This document shows positions 47,440-56,345 of a stretch of 64,000 nt of DNA, in pieces. Both the position numbers and the translations under genes were made by a program. How positions within the stretch are numbered: position 1 is the stretch's first letter; every line of letters begins with the position of its first letter. The notes under the pieces were generated by a model. The model was not told where the DNA came from and made no database searches. It saw only the letters and a list, made by a program, of their open reading frames with translations. This stretch comes from Candidatus Dojkabacteria bacterium (GTDB taxonomy: Bacteria; Patescibacteriota; Dojkabacteria; JAHIVN01), in contig JAFGDO010000030.1 in NCBI GenBank assembly GCA_016932045.1, positions 10,172 to 74,171 on the forward strand. The letters are read 5' to 3'.

Positions 47440-48351
47440 ATGTACAAACTTATTACCGACCAACGTATCTTCATGAACACCAAAGTAGAATTTATAGCCT
47501 GGACTATGATAGATAGAGATACCGTTCACAAGATATTCGATCAAGGGTTTCAACAATTTCACTTTGTAATTGAGAGATTCTCACGTTTTGATGTAAAAAG
47601 TGAATTATCAAAGTTGAATAATTCGCATGGTAAAGAAACAAAAGTCTCAAAAGAACTATTTAAATTGATAAAATATGCACAAGAAATCGCAAATAAAACC
47701 GGTGGAGCTTTTGATCCAACAATTATAGATATTCTTGAAACTTATGGATATGACGAAGATTTCAATTTCGAAAGATTGGAGAACCGTGATTTAGTTCAAA
47801 GGGAAATAAAAAAGATAATAAAAGAAAGAGGTTCCTTTAAAGATATACGACTAAATCAAAACAGATCTTCGATAACATTGGTCAATAGACTCCGTATTGA
47901 CCTCGGAAGCATTGGAAAGGGTTACGCGATTGACCGAGCATATAAAAAAATGAAACCTTTAAAAAACTTTCTGATAAATGCAGGCGGAGACATAAGAGCA
48001 AGTGGAATTTCAAAGGACAAAAAACCTTGGCTGATTGGACTTAAAGTACCCCAAATGGGACAAATTGGGACGATTAGATTAGACAACAAGTCAGTTTGCT
48101 GTTCAGGAAGTTGGGCTAGAAAGGTAAAATTCTTTCACCATCTAATCAATCCGAAAACAGGTAACCCCCAAAATGATTTGAAAACAGTCTTTATTCTTGC
48201 AGATACAGCAATTGAAGCTGACGCCTGGTCAACAGCGCTTTTTGTTGCAGGAAAGGATGCAGAGAAATATATTACTAGATATAAACTTAAAGCAATTCTT
48301 GTAACAAAGAAAAACGAAGTCCAAAATTTCAATCTTATCCTGCAGACTTAG
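47440..48351 (+). CDS. apbE: FAD:protein FMN transferase
   Basis: MNT, FSRF..SEL, GAFDPT, DLGSIGKGYAID, NAGGD, HLINPKTG and ADAWSTA motifs. Confidence 0.95.
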   Translation: MYKLITDQRIFMNTKVEFIAWTMIDRDTVHKIFDQGFQQFHFVIERFSRFDVKSELSKLNNSHGKETKVSKELFKLIKYAQEIANKTGGAFDPTIIDILETYGYDEDFNFERLENRDLVQREIKKIIKERGSFKDIRLNQNRSSITLVNRLRIDLGSIGKGYAIDRAYKKMKPLKNFLINAGGDIRASGISKDKKPWLIGLKVPQMGQIGTIRLDNKSVCCSGSWARKVKFFHHLINPKTGNPQNDLKTVFILADTAIEADAWSTALFVAGKDAEKYITRYKLKAILVTKKNEVQNFNLILQT

Positions 48352-48518
48352 TACCACAATACCCTCTATCAATGTGGTTCCAACCAGAGATTGGAACCAG
48401 CTGCTTGCCCTGAGCGTAGTTGAAGGATCTGACTATCTAACTATTCTCCTAATATCCCTGTGCTATAATAGCCCAATTTACGTTCTTTATTTACTACCTA
48501 AGCTTTTAAGGACAATCA

Positions 48519-49607
48519 GTGAAAATCATAATCTTTGCAGGAGGCAGCGGGAAAAGATTCTGGCCAATTAGTAGAAAAAGTCTTCCCAAACAATTTATTC
48601 CGCTCTTTGATAACAAGTCAACTTTTCAACTTCAGATTGAAAGAGCCAAGGAAGTCGTTCCTCTGAAAGAAATCTTTGTTTCAACAAACAAAAGCCATCT
48701 ATCTTTAGTGAAAAAACAAGTCCCTAAATTGCCAAAAGAGAATATTTTTCTCGAACCGGAACGTAGAGATCTGCTTGCCGCTTTTGGTTATGCCTTGGTA
48801 CGCATAAAGCATGCAGGAGTCGGAACAGACGAACCAATTATATATCTTGCAAGCGATCATCTGATAAAGAGACCACATGTGTTTGTAAACTCTATAAAGG
48901 CTGCTGAGAAATTGATACTTGAAGACAGCAATAGATTTATTTACTGGGGGGAAAGACCGCTATATGCTACAAATAATCTTGGCTGGATACACATAGGAGA
49001 TAGAATTAAAAGTATAAATAAAATTGACGTTGCCAAATTCAAGGGATGGATTTATAGACCTGAGATAGAAAAGTGCAGACGCATGTTCAAAACCGGAAAG
49101 TGGATTTGGAATGTAAATTATGAAATGTTTACCATTGATTTTGCACTCAAGAAGTATAAAAAACACTTTCCCGAATTCTATAAAAAGATAAAAATCATAG
49201 AAGAAAGCCTCGGAACAAAGCAAGAGGTCGAAACAGTAAATAAGATTTACCCTACTTTCGAAATGTTACATTCAGACGAGCTGTGGAAAAGTGCTAAACC
49301 AAATGAGGCCGTTGTCTTGAGTTTAAATCTCGGCTGGACAGATCCCGGTACCTTGTTTGCACTTAAACAAGTTTTAGAGGAAAGTAAAAGAGATAATGTC
49401 ACAAAAGGCAAAGTATACAACTATCAGTCCAAGAATTGTCTGGTTTTTAACTACGAAAAGTCCAAGTTCGTAGCAACCATGAATCTGGAGGGGATGGTTG
49501 TTGTAAACACGAAAGATGCAATTCTCGTAGTTGACAAGGACCACGTAAGATTTATTGGGGACATGCTAAAGGAGTTTGAAGGAACAAAATTTGAAGAATA
49601 TTTATAA
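48519..49607 (+). CDS. manC: Mannose-1-phosphate guanylyltransferase
   Basis: AGGSGKRFWPISR..PKQF, EP.RR, SDH and GWTDPG motifs. Confidence 0.85.
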   Translation: MKIIIFAGGSGKRFWPISRKSLPKQFIPLFDNKSTFQLQIERAKEVVPLKEIFVSTNKSHLSLVKKQVPKLPKENIFLEPERRDLLAAFGYALVRIKHAGVGTDEPIIYLASDHLIKRPHVFVNSIKAAEKLILEDSNRFIYWGERPLYATNNLGWIHIGDRIKSINKIDVAKFKGWIYRPEIEKCRRMFKTGKWIWNVNYEMFTIDFALKKYKKHFPEFYKKIKIIEESLGTKQEVETVNKIYPTFEMLHSDELWKSAKPNEAVVLSLNLGWTDPGTLFALKQVLEESKRDNVTKGKVYNYQSKNCLVFNYEKSKFVATMNLEGMVVVNTKDAILVVDKDHVRFIGDMLKEFEGTKFEEYL

Positions 49608-50162
49608 TTTAAAAATCTCGGGATACTTTATTGACGCTATTGAGAGTAAAGCAATTGTATCGGATGCATAGATCTTTCCATTCTTTATCATTTCATAGAC
49701 TTCTTTTAGTGGAAATGTCCTAACTTGGATCTCTTCTGTTTCATCTAACTTCTGCTTTGAATTAAACTCAACATCTCGAGCCAAAAAACCGTAAACTCGA
49801 GTCGAGTCTTTTGTCGGTGCGGGACAAATACACCCCAATGAAATAAGATCTGCTGTCTTTATTCCGGTCTCCTCTTCCAACTCCAAGATCGCTAAGTCTT
49901 CTATTGAAGACTCCTTCTTTATCCTTCCCGCAGGTAATTCGAAAATGATTTCATCAACTCCAGGCTTATATTGCTCTACAAAAATAATCTCTCTATTCCC
50001 CGTAACAGGAAGAACCATTGCAACATCTCCAAGGCGCGAAATGTAGAAGTCGTCATACACCTTGCCATTTGGTAGCTTCACTTTTTGTTTAAAAAGAGGA
50101 AACCATGGACTTGGTGAGATATCTTCTTCTGATAGAATCTTCCACTTTTTTAATTTTTTCAT
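49602..50162 (-). CDS. NUDIX hydrolase (ADP-ribose pyrophosphatase-like)
   Basis: ELPAG...A.LELEEETG and LDETEEI motifs. Confidence 0.9.
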   Translation of the reverse strand: MKKLKKWKILSEEDISPSPWFPLFKQKVKLPNGKVYDDFYISRLGDVAMVLPVTGNREIIFVEQYKPGVDEIIFELPAGRIKKESSIEDLAILELEEETGIKTADLISLGCICPAPTKDSTRVYGFLARDVEFNSKQKLDETEEIQVRTFPLKEVYEMIKNGKIYASDTIALLSIASIKYPEIFKL

Positions 50163-50174
50163 CGTATACGAAAT

Positions 50175-50630
50175 CTACACTTCTGATTTCATTAAATAAT
50201 CTTGAATAATATCTCTATGATCAAATGCCAAGTTTTTTGGTAATTTATCAACAGGAAAAAACTTTATCTCTAAAGCATCATCCCCGGCTCTTAATTCCCC
50301 TTTAGTATCAACTGCATAGGCAACATTTATCACCTGCCTTGGATGTCTTTGCGGGTCACTATACACCCCTATCAAATGTAAACTTTTTACAACTAAACCT
50401 ACTTCCTCCCTTACTTCTCTTTTCACACAAGCCTCTACGCTTTCATCCCATTCAACATATCCTCCTACGAGTCCCCAGAATCCTTTAAAAGGTTCAACAC
50501 CTCGTTTTATACATAAGATTTCATCCTTGTTGTTTGTGATCACGGCATCAATACTTACTCCCCTATTTATAAAGTATCCACAATTACATGGCTGTTTTTT
50601 AGGAGGAAAGGAAAAACTCATAATTTTCAA
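50175..50630 (-). CDS. NUDIX hydrolase
   Basis: GG.VE..E......REVREEVG, R.PR and LAFDH motifs. Confidence 0.9.
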   Translation of the reverse strand: MKIMSFSFPPKKQPCNCGYFINRGVSIDAVITNNKDEILCIKRGVEPFKGFWGLVGGYVEWDESVEACVKREVREEVGLVVKSLHLIGVYSDPQRHPRQVINVAYAVDTKGELRAGDDALEIKFFPVDKLPKNLAFDHRDIIQDYLMKSEV

Positions 50631-50643
50631 TTACAACAAAAAT

Positions 50644-51552
50644 TTACCTGGCGAACTTTTTTATAAATTCAGCTAACATAGAAGCAATGCCAATAATTTT
50701 CAATCGTCCAAACTTCCTTTTAGGATCTAGGTGAACTGCATCTGTAATGAAAATTCTATCAATATAACTTTTCTTTAATTTATCGGTAGTTTCAGGAACG
50801 ATCAGATGGGTAACACAATCATAATATTTCTTTGCTCCTTCCTTCTTCAGAAAGTCACACCCTTTTATCCTTGTTCCTCCGGTACTGACAAAGTCGTCAA
50901 ACGAGATAACATTCTTGCCTTTCACATCACCTGCCAGTTTGTGAAATGTTACTTCCCCTGTCTTCCTATCACGGGTCTTGTCAAAGCGAACAAGTGGAAG
51001 ATTTAATCTTTCAGAGAATTCTTTAGCCCTTTCTAAAGCACCATTGTCTAGAGCAACTGAAACCCAGTCCCCTTTGAGATTCCCCTTAAAGTAATTGATA
51101 AAGGTCGACATCGCTGATAAATGATGCACTTTTTTCTTAAACATTTTTAAAACGTCAGTTGAGTGAATATCTACAACAAAAAATTCGTTTATAGATGTCG
51201 CTTCAAGCATCTTTATGATTACCTTTGATGATAAAGGTTCACCAGTTCTGAAAATTTTATCCTGTGGAGAATATCCGAACCAAGGCATTATAGCTACAAT
51301 TCTTTTTGCCCCTTTCCTTCTTGCTGCATCTGCAATTAAAGCAAGTTCAATTATGTATCTTTCCGCCTGACCAATAGTTGATTGCATTATAAATACGACT
51401 TTATCTTCTATATCTTCAAGAATTCGGATACGAATTTCTCTATTTGGAAATTCCTGAAGCTCAACTTTTCCAAGCTTGATGTTTAATTCTCGTGCTGTCT
51501 TGAGGGCTAATGGGCGGTTAGAAGAACCTGAAAGAAGCACATAACTTCTCAT
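50644..51552 (-). CDS. prs: Ribose-phosphate pyrophosphokinase
   Basis: F...EI, PWFGYS.QD, DIHS and DDFVSTGGT motifs. Confidence 0.9.
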   Translation of the reverse strand: MRSYVLLSGSSNRPLALKTARELNIKLGKVELQEFPNREIRIRILEDIEDKVVFIMQSTIGQAERYIIELALIADAARRKGAKRIVAIMPWFGYSPQDKIFRTGEPLSSKVIIKMLEATSINEFFVVDIHSTDVLKMFKKKVHHLSAMSTFINYFKGNLKGDWVSVALDNGALERAKEFSERLNLPLVRFDKTRDRKTGEVTFHKLAGDVKGKNVISFDDFVSTGGTRIKGCDFLKKEGAKKYYDCVTHLIVPETTDKLKKSYIDRIFITDAVHLDPKRKFGRLKIIGIASMLAEFIKKFAR

Positions 51553-51665
51553 CTTGTTTGTACTTAAAGTTAATGCAAGAATGATATCTAAAGTGGTAGA
51601 ATAAATCAAAAGGGGAAAAAGTAAAAAGTATTATGTATAAGTAAGCAGTTTAGTTATCCGACTAT

Positions 51666-52172
51666 CTAACTATATAATTTCTCTATCTTTCCAATCCTCC
51701 TTCTATGCCTTCCCCCTTCAAATCCGGTCTCAAGGAAAATATCAATTAAATCCTTTACATCTTTTAATTTATTTGGTTTTAGACCAAGGTCTAAAAGATT
51801 TTTATAATCCTTACTCTTTAACCTTCTAGTATTGATATTTTTCAAATTGAGTCCACCAAGACATAAAACGTTCAAATCATTATGAAGCCTTGCTAAAAGC
51901 ACCTGAGCTCTTGTAAGTAATGGTGCTGCTCTTATCCCTTTAGTTTTGTTTGCAGTAATTGCCATAGCAATACCTGTACCGCATATCAAGATACCACGCT
52001 TCTTCTCCTTTGCCACATTTCCGGCGAGCAAATGCGCAACATCTGGATAGTCATCCTTGGTATCAAAAGTTGGCGAAAGATCTTCAACCATTATACCTTT
52101 AGATTCTAGATATTCCTTTATCTCTTTTTTAAGATGAAATCCTCCGTGATCAGAGGCAATAAAAAGGTTCAT
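51666..52172 (-). CDS. rpiB: Ribose-5-phosphate isomerase B
   Basis: ASDHGG, DDYPD, GILICGTG, HND.NVLCLG and FEGGRH.RR motifs. Confidence 0.95.
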   Translation of the reverse strand: MNLFIASDHGGFHLKKEIKEYLESKGIMVEDLSPTFDTKDDYPDVAHLLAGNVAKEKKRGILICGTGIAMAITANKTKGIRAAPLLTRAQVLLARLHNDLNVLCLGGLNLKNINTRRLKSKDYKNLLDLGLKPNKLKDVKDLIDIFLETGFEGGRHRRRIGKIEKLYS

Positions 52173-52207
52173 AAAAAATACAGGTAAGACCATTAAGATC
52201 TTTCACT

Positions 52208-53632
52208 TTATTCACCACAAGAAGGTGCAGTCATTAAACTTACAATCTGATCGTAAATACCATCCTCCTCTTCAGTATATCCCCCATAAAACCTGCCAAT
52301 TATATTTATTCTTTCTCCACATGCATCTTCTAAATTGTCTTCTGGATAATAACAGCTCGAACAAGCTTCTGCTCTCTCGTCAAGCCCATCATGATAAAAG
52401 GTAATAGCAACCTCAGAATATTTCTCTTTTATACAATCAACAGGAGAGGCCTTTAAATCACAATAAACAAATCCCTTTTTATTCGACTGTCCCCAAAATG
52501 TCATCTTTTCCTCCTCATAGTTTTTATCTTTATCAAAAGCATAAGAAGCAAAACCAACTGGATATTCTATTTGAAGTTTATTTCCACTACCTCTCTTTCT
52601 TATCTCAACTGTTGCCCCTTTTGAACGTGGGTAACATCCTCCCTCACCTTCCTGTCCTGGACATACTATTTCTTCGGATTCATTCAATTCCCAATCAGAA
52701 GGATAATTTACAGTATAACCATAAACAGGACTTGTATATGTCTTCCATCCCTCTACGCCCTGAGATTCTACTGTTGGAGCATCCTCTGCATTTTCTTCAG
52801 CCTTTAATTCGAATGAATTCGTAATCTTATCCATTATTTCCAACATCCCCTTTAACTTGTCGTCTCCTTTTTGAGGCAGATCCGAGTAATCATCCTCTTG
52901 CGAATTGTATGTATAGATGATACTAAAATAACTGCCTGAAATATCATCATACGCATCTCCCGGTCCAAACCCCGGAATAGCTATATCTATCCCAGTACTC
53001 TCATCAGCTTTTCTAAAAAGCACACTATTTCCCCAAGCATTATCTCCAAAATCCCAGTTAAGTCCCCCTTCTTCGTAATAACTCTTGGCTTCACTAGACG
53101 AGTAATAATAAGTCACCATATCTGAATCATACCCTGCCGGAGAAACTGTTGATTCTTCTGACACAGAAGGTGGAAAAACAGCATCAAATAAGTATCCCCA
53201 ACCCCCTCCAGTATAAACAGGATCTATCTCTAATCTCCAAACATAGTTGTCCTTCTCAACTACAATCAAACCACACATCCAATATTCTTCATCCTCATCA
53301 CATTCATCTAGTGTATCGGTTAGCTCCCAGTAACTTGGATACTGAAAACTAAATCCATAATCTTCATTCTCATATAATTTCCAACCTTCATATGGATCTT
53401 GTACCAAATCTTGAACCTCATCAGGCTCACTTGGAGCCTCTTCCTTAGTCTTCAGTATAAGATAAATCCCTGCCCCAATTCCGGCTGTGATAAGAAGTAC
53501 AAACAGGACAGCAGCACAAACAATTATTATCCTATTTGAACGTTTAGGGATTTCTGGAAACTGTCCTGTATTCTGAGTACTCTGCTTTAGAGTCTGTGAC
53601 TGGTCCTGAATAGCCTGTTTTAGTTCCTGCAT
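52208..53632 (-). CDS. Single-pass membrane protein with two PsbP-like extracellular domains
   Basis: TM followed by WKLYEN..YGFSFQYPSYW and WKTYTS..YGYTVNYPSDW. Confidence 0.75.
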   Translation of the reverse strand: MQELKQAIQDQSQTLKQSTQNTGQFPEIPKRSNRIIIVCAAVLFVLLITAGIGAGIYLILKTKEEAPSEPDEVQDLVQDPYEGWKLYENEDYGFSFQYPSYWELTDTLDECDEDEEYWMCGLIVVEKDNYVWRLEIDPVYTGGGWGYLFDAVFPPSVSEESTVSPAGYDSDMVTYYYSSSEAKSYYEEGGLNWDFGDNAWGNSVLFRKADESTGIDIAIPGFGPGDAYDDISGSYFSIIYTYNSQEDDYSDLPQKGDDKLKGMLEIMDKITNSFELKAEENAEDAPTVESQGVEGWKTYTSPVYGYTVNYPSDWELNESEEIVCPGQEGEGGCYPRSKGATVEIRKRGSGNKLQIEYPVGFASYAFDKDKNYEEEKMTFWGQSNKKGFVYCDLKASPVDCIKEKYSEVAITFYHDGLDERAEACSSCYYPEDNLEDACGERINIIGRFYGGYTEEEDGIYDQIVSLMTAPSCGE

Positions 53633-53738
53633 ATCCAAAAGAACTAAAGTTAAATTGATTTTTACAATATAACACAGGAAGAGTGAAAAAGTAACCAGCT
53701 GCCACTTGGTGCCTTTTACCTTTCACCATATACAATCT

Positions 53739-54110
53739 CTACTTCGCCATTTTTTGAGCTAGACTCATGAGAAGAATCCCCGAAATGATCACAAACATAC
53801 CAACTCCCTTTAGAATCGACATCGGTTCTCTTTTGAGAAATACAACCATTACAACGCTTAGCATAAGAAAAGTAAGTCCGGTCATGAGTGGATAAACAAA
53901 TGTGATATCAAGTTTTTTGCTGATCACTGTTGAGAGTATGAAGGTCAGACCAAAAAAGAAAAGTCCCACAATAAGTTTCCAACCAGATTTAATAATGTTA
54001 AGAATTCCTCCACTTAAGGTTATGTCTCCAGCGCCAAGTTTTAAAAATACCTGTCCCACTGTATTAACAATAGCTGTAATAGGAATTAGCAGATAGAATA
54101 ATGCTTTCAT
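53739..54110 (-). CDS. Small 4-TM DMT/EamA-like (ArnE/ArnF-like) protein
   Basis: GQVFLKLG, DITFVYP, FLKRE and G...IISGI motifs. Confidence 0.8.
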   Translation of the reverse strand: MKALFYLLIPITAIVNTVGQVFLKLGAGDITLSGGILNIIKSGWKLIVGLFFFGLTFILSTVISKKLDITFVYPLMTGLTFLMLSVVMVVFLKREPMSILKGVGMFVIISGILLMSLAQKMAK

Positions 54111-54268
54111 ATAAAGTGAATAACAAATAAAATCCTAAATTCTAATATCTAAACTCTGGACAAATACAAATTGCAAAAAATCCGAATGCTTAAATTAAAA
54201 CTGATTTAGGGTTTTGTAAATTCGAATTCTGGATTTGTTTAGAAATTAGGATTTAGAAATTAAAAAAA

Positions 54269-55369
54269 TTAATCAGTTCTCGGCTCATACTCTGCAAACA
54301 TCTTCCCCCAGTCAGTTTCTCTAATCCACTTATTATAAATACTCTTCTCATTAACATTCCACCTGAAATAATCATGGTAAACCTCTGACCAAAGAATTGG
54401 TATATTTACAAGGGGTGTACGGAAGATAAGTTTTTGCAAGAACTTTGTCGGCCCATACCAGCCCAGCCAAGCGAGTTTCTTGTGCATTGTCGTTCCTACT
54501 TCAAAACCCCAATTCTCATCAGCAAGATCTGCATCTCCAGCAACTTCAATCTCACTTGGATTTCCAACACCAAGACCTTGTTCATGGGCCATTCGTATAT
54601 ATTTTATCTTCATTGGGTCAAAGCCCATCATCTTTGCTGAGACCGCATCAATTGCTACCTGATCTCTACTAGCTAAGATTACATTCTTCACTTCCGGTAT
54701 CAGTGTTCTTGGTCCTGGACCATTCCCAGCAGTCGTTCCGTCCATTACAGCAAAAATCCCCGAGTGAATTTCCTTTTGAATCGCAAGCAGATCAACAAGT
54801 GTCTCGTGAATCCACGTATGTGTATAGTGTCTTCTCTTCGTTAGTAATCCTCCAAAAGCATTCTTCATAGCGCCAGTTGTTGTAGTGTAAATATGACACT
54901 TAACTGTTGGGAGATGAAGTATACTTTTATTTTTGAAATAAGAGGGAATACTAATGCCTTCCGGGAATATCTTATGAAGAACATTCATCTTTGTCTTCGG
55001 CTCATAAATCTCCCATTTTATATCTTCATCTTTAAAGTTAAAGAGAACTGGAATCTCATACTTTTTAAAGATTGGCTTATATTTGTTGAGGTCTTCACCT
55101 TTAAACGCATTTGTAACTACTGTCTGATTTTGCACACAAGATATTTTCTTATAACCGGAACTTCTCAAAGCCTTTATAACTCCTTCTAATTGCCATGGAG
55201 TTGTATTCGCAGATGGCATTGGAAGATGCCAGGAAATATTATCTTTCAGAATAACCTCTTTATTTTTAGGCAGTTCTTCCGCAAAATCCGCAAGTTTCAT
55301 AAGCTTTTCATGATCAGCAAGAACTGTCTTTGGATTTGTTCTGAGAATCGCAACTTTTGATTTCTTCAT
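54269..55369 (-). CDS. DUF362 domain protein
   Basis: ILKDN, PTVKCH, TGAMKNAFG, GNGP and DQVAIDA motifs. Confidence 0.85.
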   Translation of the reverse strand: MKKSKVAILRTNPKTVLADHEKLMKLADFAEELPKNKEVILKDNISWHLPMPSANTTPWQLEGVIKALRSSGYKKISCVQNQTVVTNAFKGEDLNKYKPIFKKYEIPVLFNFKDEDIKWEIYEPKTKMNVLHKIFPEGISIPSYFKNKSILHLPTVKCHIYTTTTGAMKNAFGGLLTKRRHYTHTWIHETLVDLLAIQKEIHSGIFAVMDGTTAGNGPGPRTLIPEVKNVILASRDQVAIDAVSAKMMGFDPMKIKYIRMAHEQGLGVGNPSEIEVAGDADLADENWGFEVGTTMHKKLAWLGWYGPTKFLQKLIFRTPLVNIPILWSEVYHDYFRWNVNEKSIYNKWIRETDWGKMFAEYEPRTD

Positions 55370-55412
55370 GCCTCTTGATTCATATGTAAATTAAGATGGA
55401 TGCCATTCAAAA

Positions 55413-56279
55413 TTATTCATAAAAATAAATTAGCGCCATAGATATTAATCCCCAAACAACTACAGTCAAAAGAAGTGGCCAGTCCTTAAGTAAGGTTTCT
55501 GTTGGACTCTCACCCTTATCCTTCTCGTGCACAAGATACAGATATCTAAATATGCCATATATTACTAGAGGAATGGTAAATATAAAGTACTTGGTATGAA
55601 ATGTATTAAATGTGTAGAATATATAACTCACGAGAACAGCTGGTATCACAATATTTGACATTTGGTCTAATAACTCGATGCTGTAATTATCCAGCACTTT
55701 TCTAGTTTTACCACCACTTTTTGATATCTCAACGAATTCCTGCCTCCTTTTCATAATCGCTAAAAATATGGTCAAGAGAAATGTGATCACAAGAAACCAA
55801 ACTGAGTTCTCGACACCAATTGCATATGCTCCTCCCACTGCACGAAGTACAAAACCTGCAGCAACCATTAAAATGTCAATAATTACAATGTGCTTGAATC
55901 CGAAAGAATACAAAAAGTTGATTAGAAAATAAAATAGAAGTACAAGAGTTAAATAAGGACTCACAATAAGTGAGGTAGCTAATGTTCCTGAAATAAAAAG
56001 GATTGCTAATAATACAGCCGCCCCCCTACTTAACCTTCCGGAAGCAATGGGACGATTCTTCTTTATGGGATGTGCCCTATCAGCATCATAATCCATCACA
56101 TCATTTATCAGATACACACTGCTTGCTGCAAATGAAAATAAAAAAAACGCAGATATAGCAAGAATTATAGATTTGATATCTGTAAACTTTTCAGCAAAAA
56201 TTAGAGCCGGAAAAACAAATATATTCTTGACCCAGTGTTTTAGACGAAGAGATTTTATGATTGCGAAAATTGTATCCAT
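55413..56279 (-). CDS. UbiA-family polyprenyl-phosphate phosphoribosyltransferase (Rv3806c-like)
   Basis: R..HWVKN, YLINDVMD..DRAHPIK..RPIASG, LYS..KH..IID, GFVLRA and KRRQE motifs. Confidence 0.9.
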   Translation of the reverse strand: MDTIFAIIKSLRLKHWVKNIFVFPALIFAEKFTDIKSIILAISAFFLFSFAASSVYLINDVMDYDADRAHPIKKNRPIASGRLSRGAAVLLAILFISGTLATSLIVSPYLTLVLLFYFLINFLYSFGFKHIVIIDILMVAAGFVLRAVGGAYAIGVENSVWFLVITFLLTIFLAIMKRRQEFVEISKSGGKTRKVLDNYSIELLDQMSNIVIPAVLVSYIFYTFNTFHTKYFIFTIPLVIYGIFRYLYLVHEKDKGESPTETLLKDWPLLLTVVVWGLISMALIYFYE

Positions 56280-56345
56280 AGCAAAAGGCTTGAGGCTTAA
56301 ATTATTCTTTCAACTAAATTAGTTTATACCAAAAACAGTGTTTAT

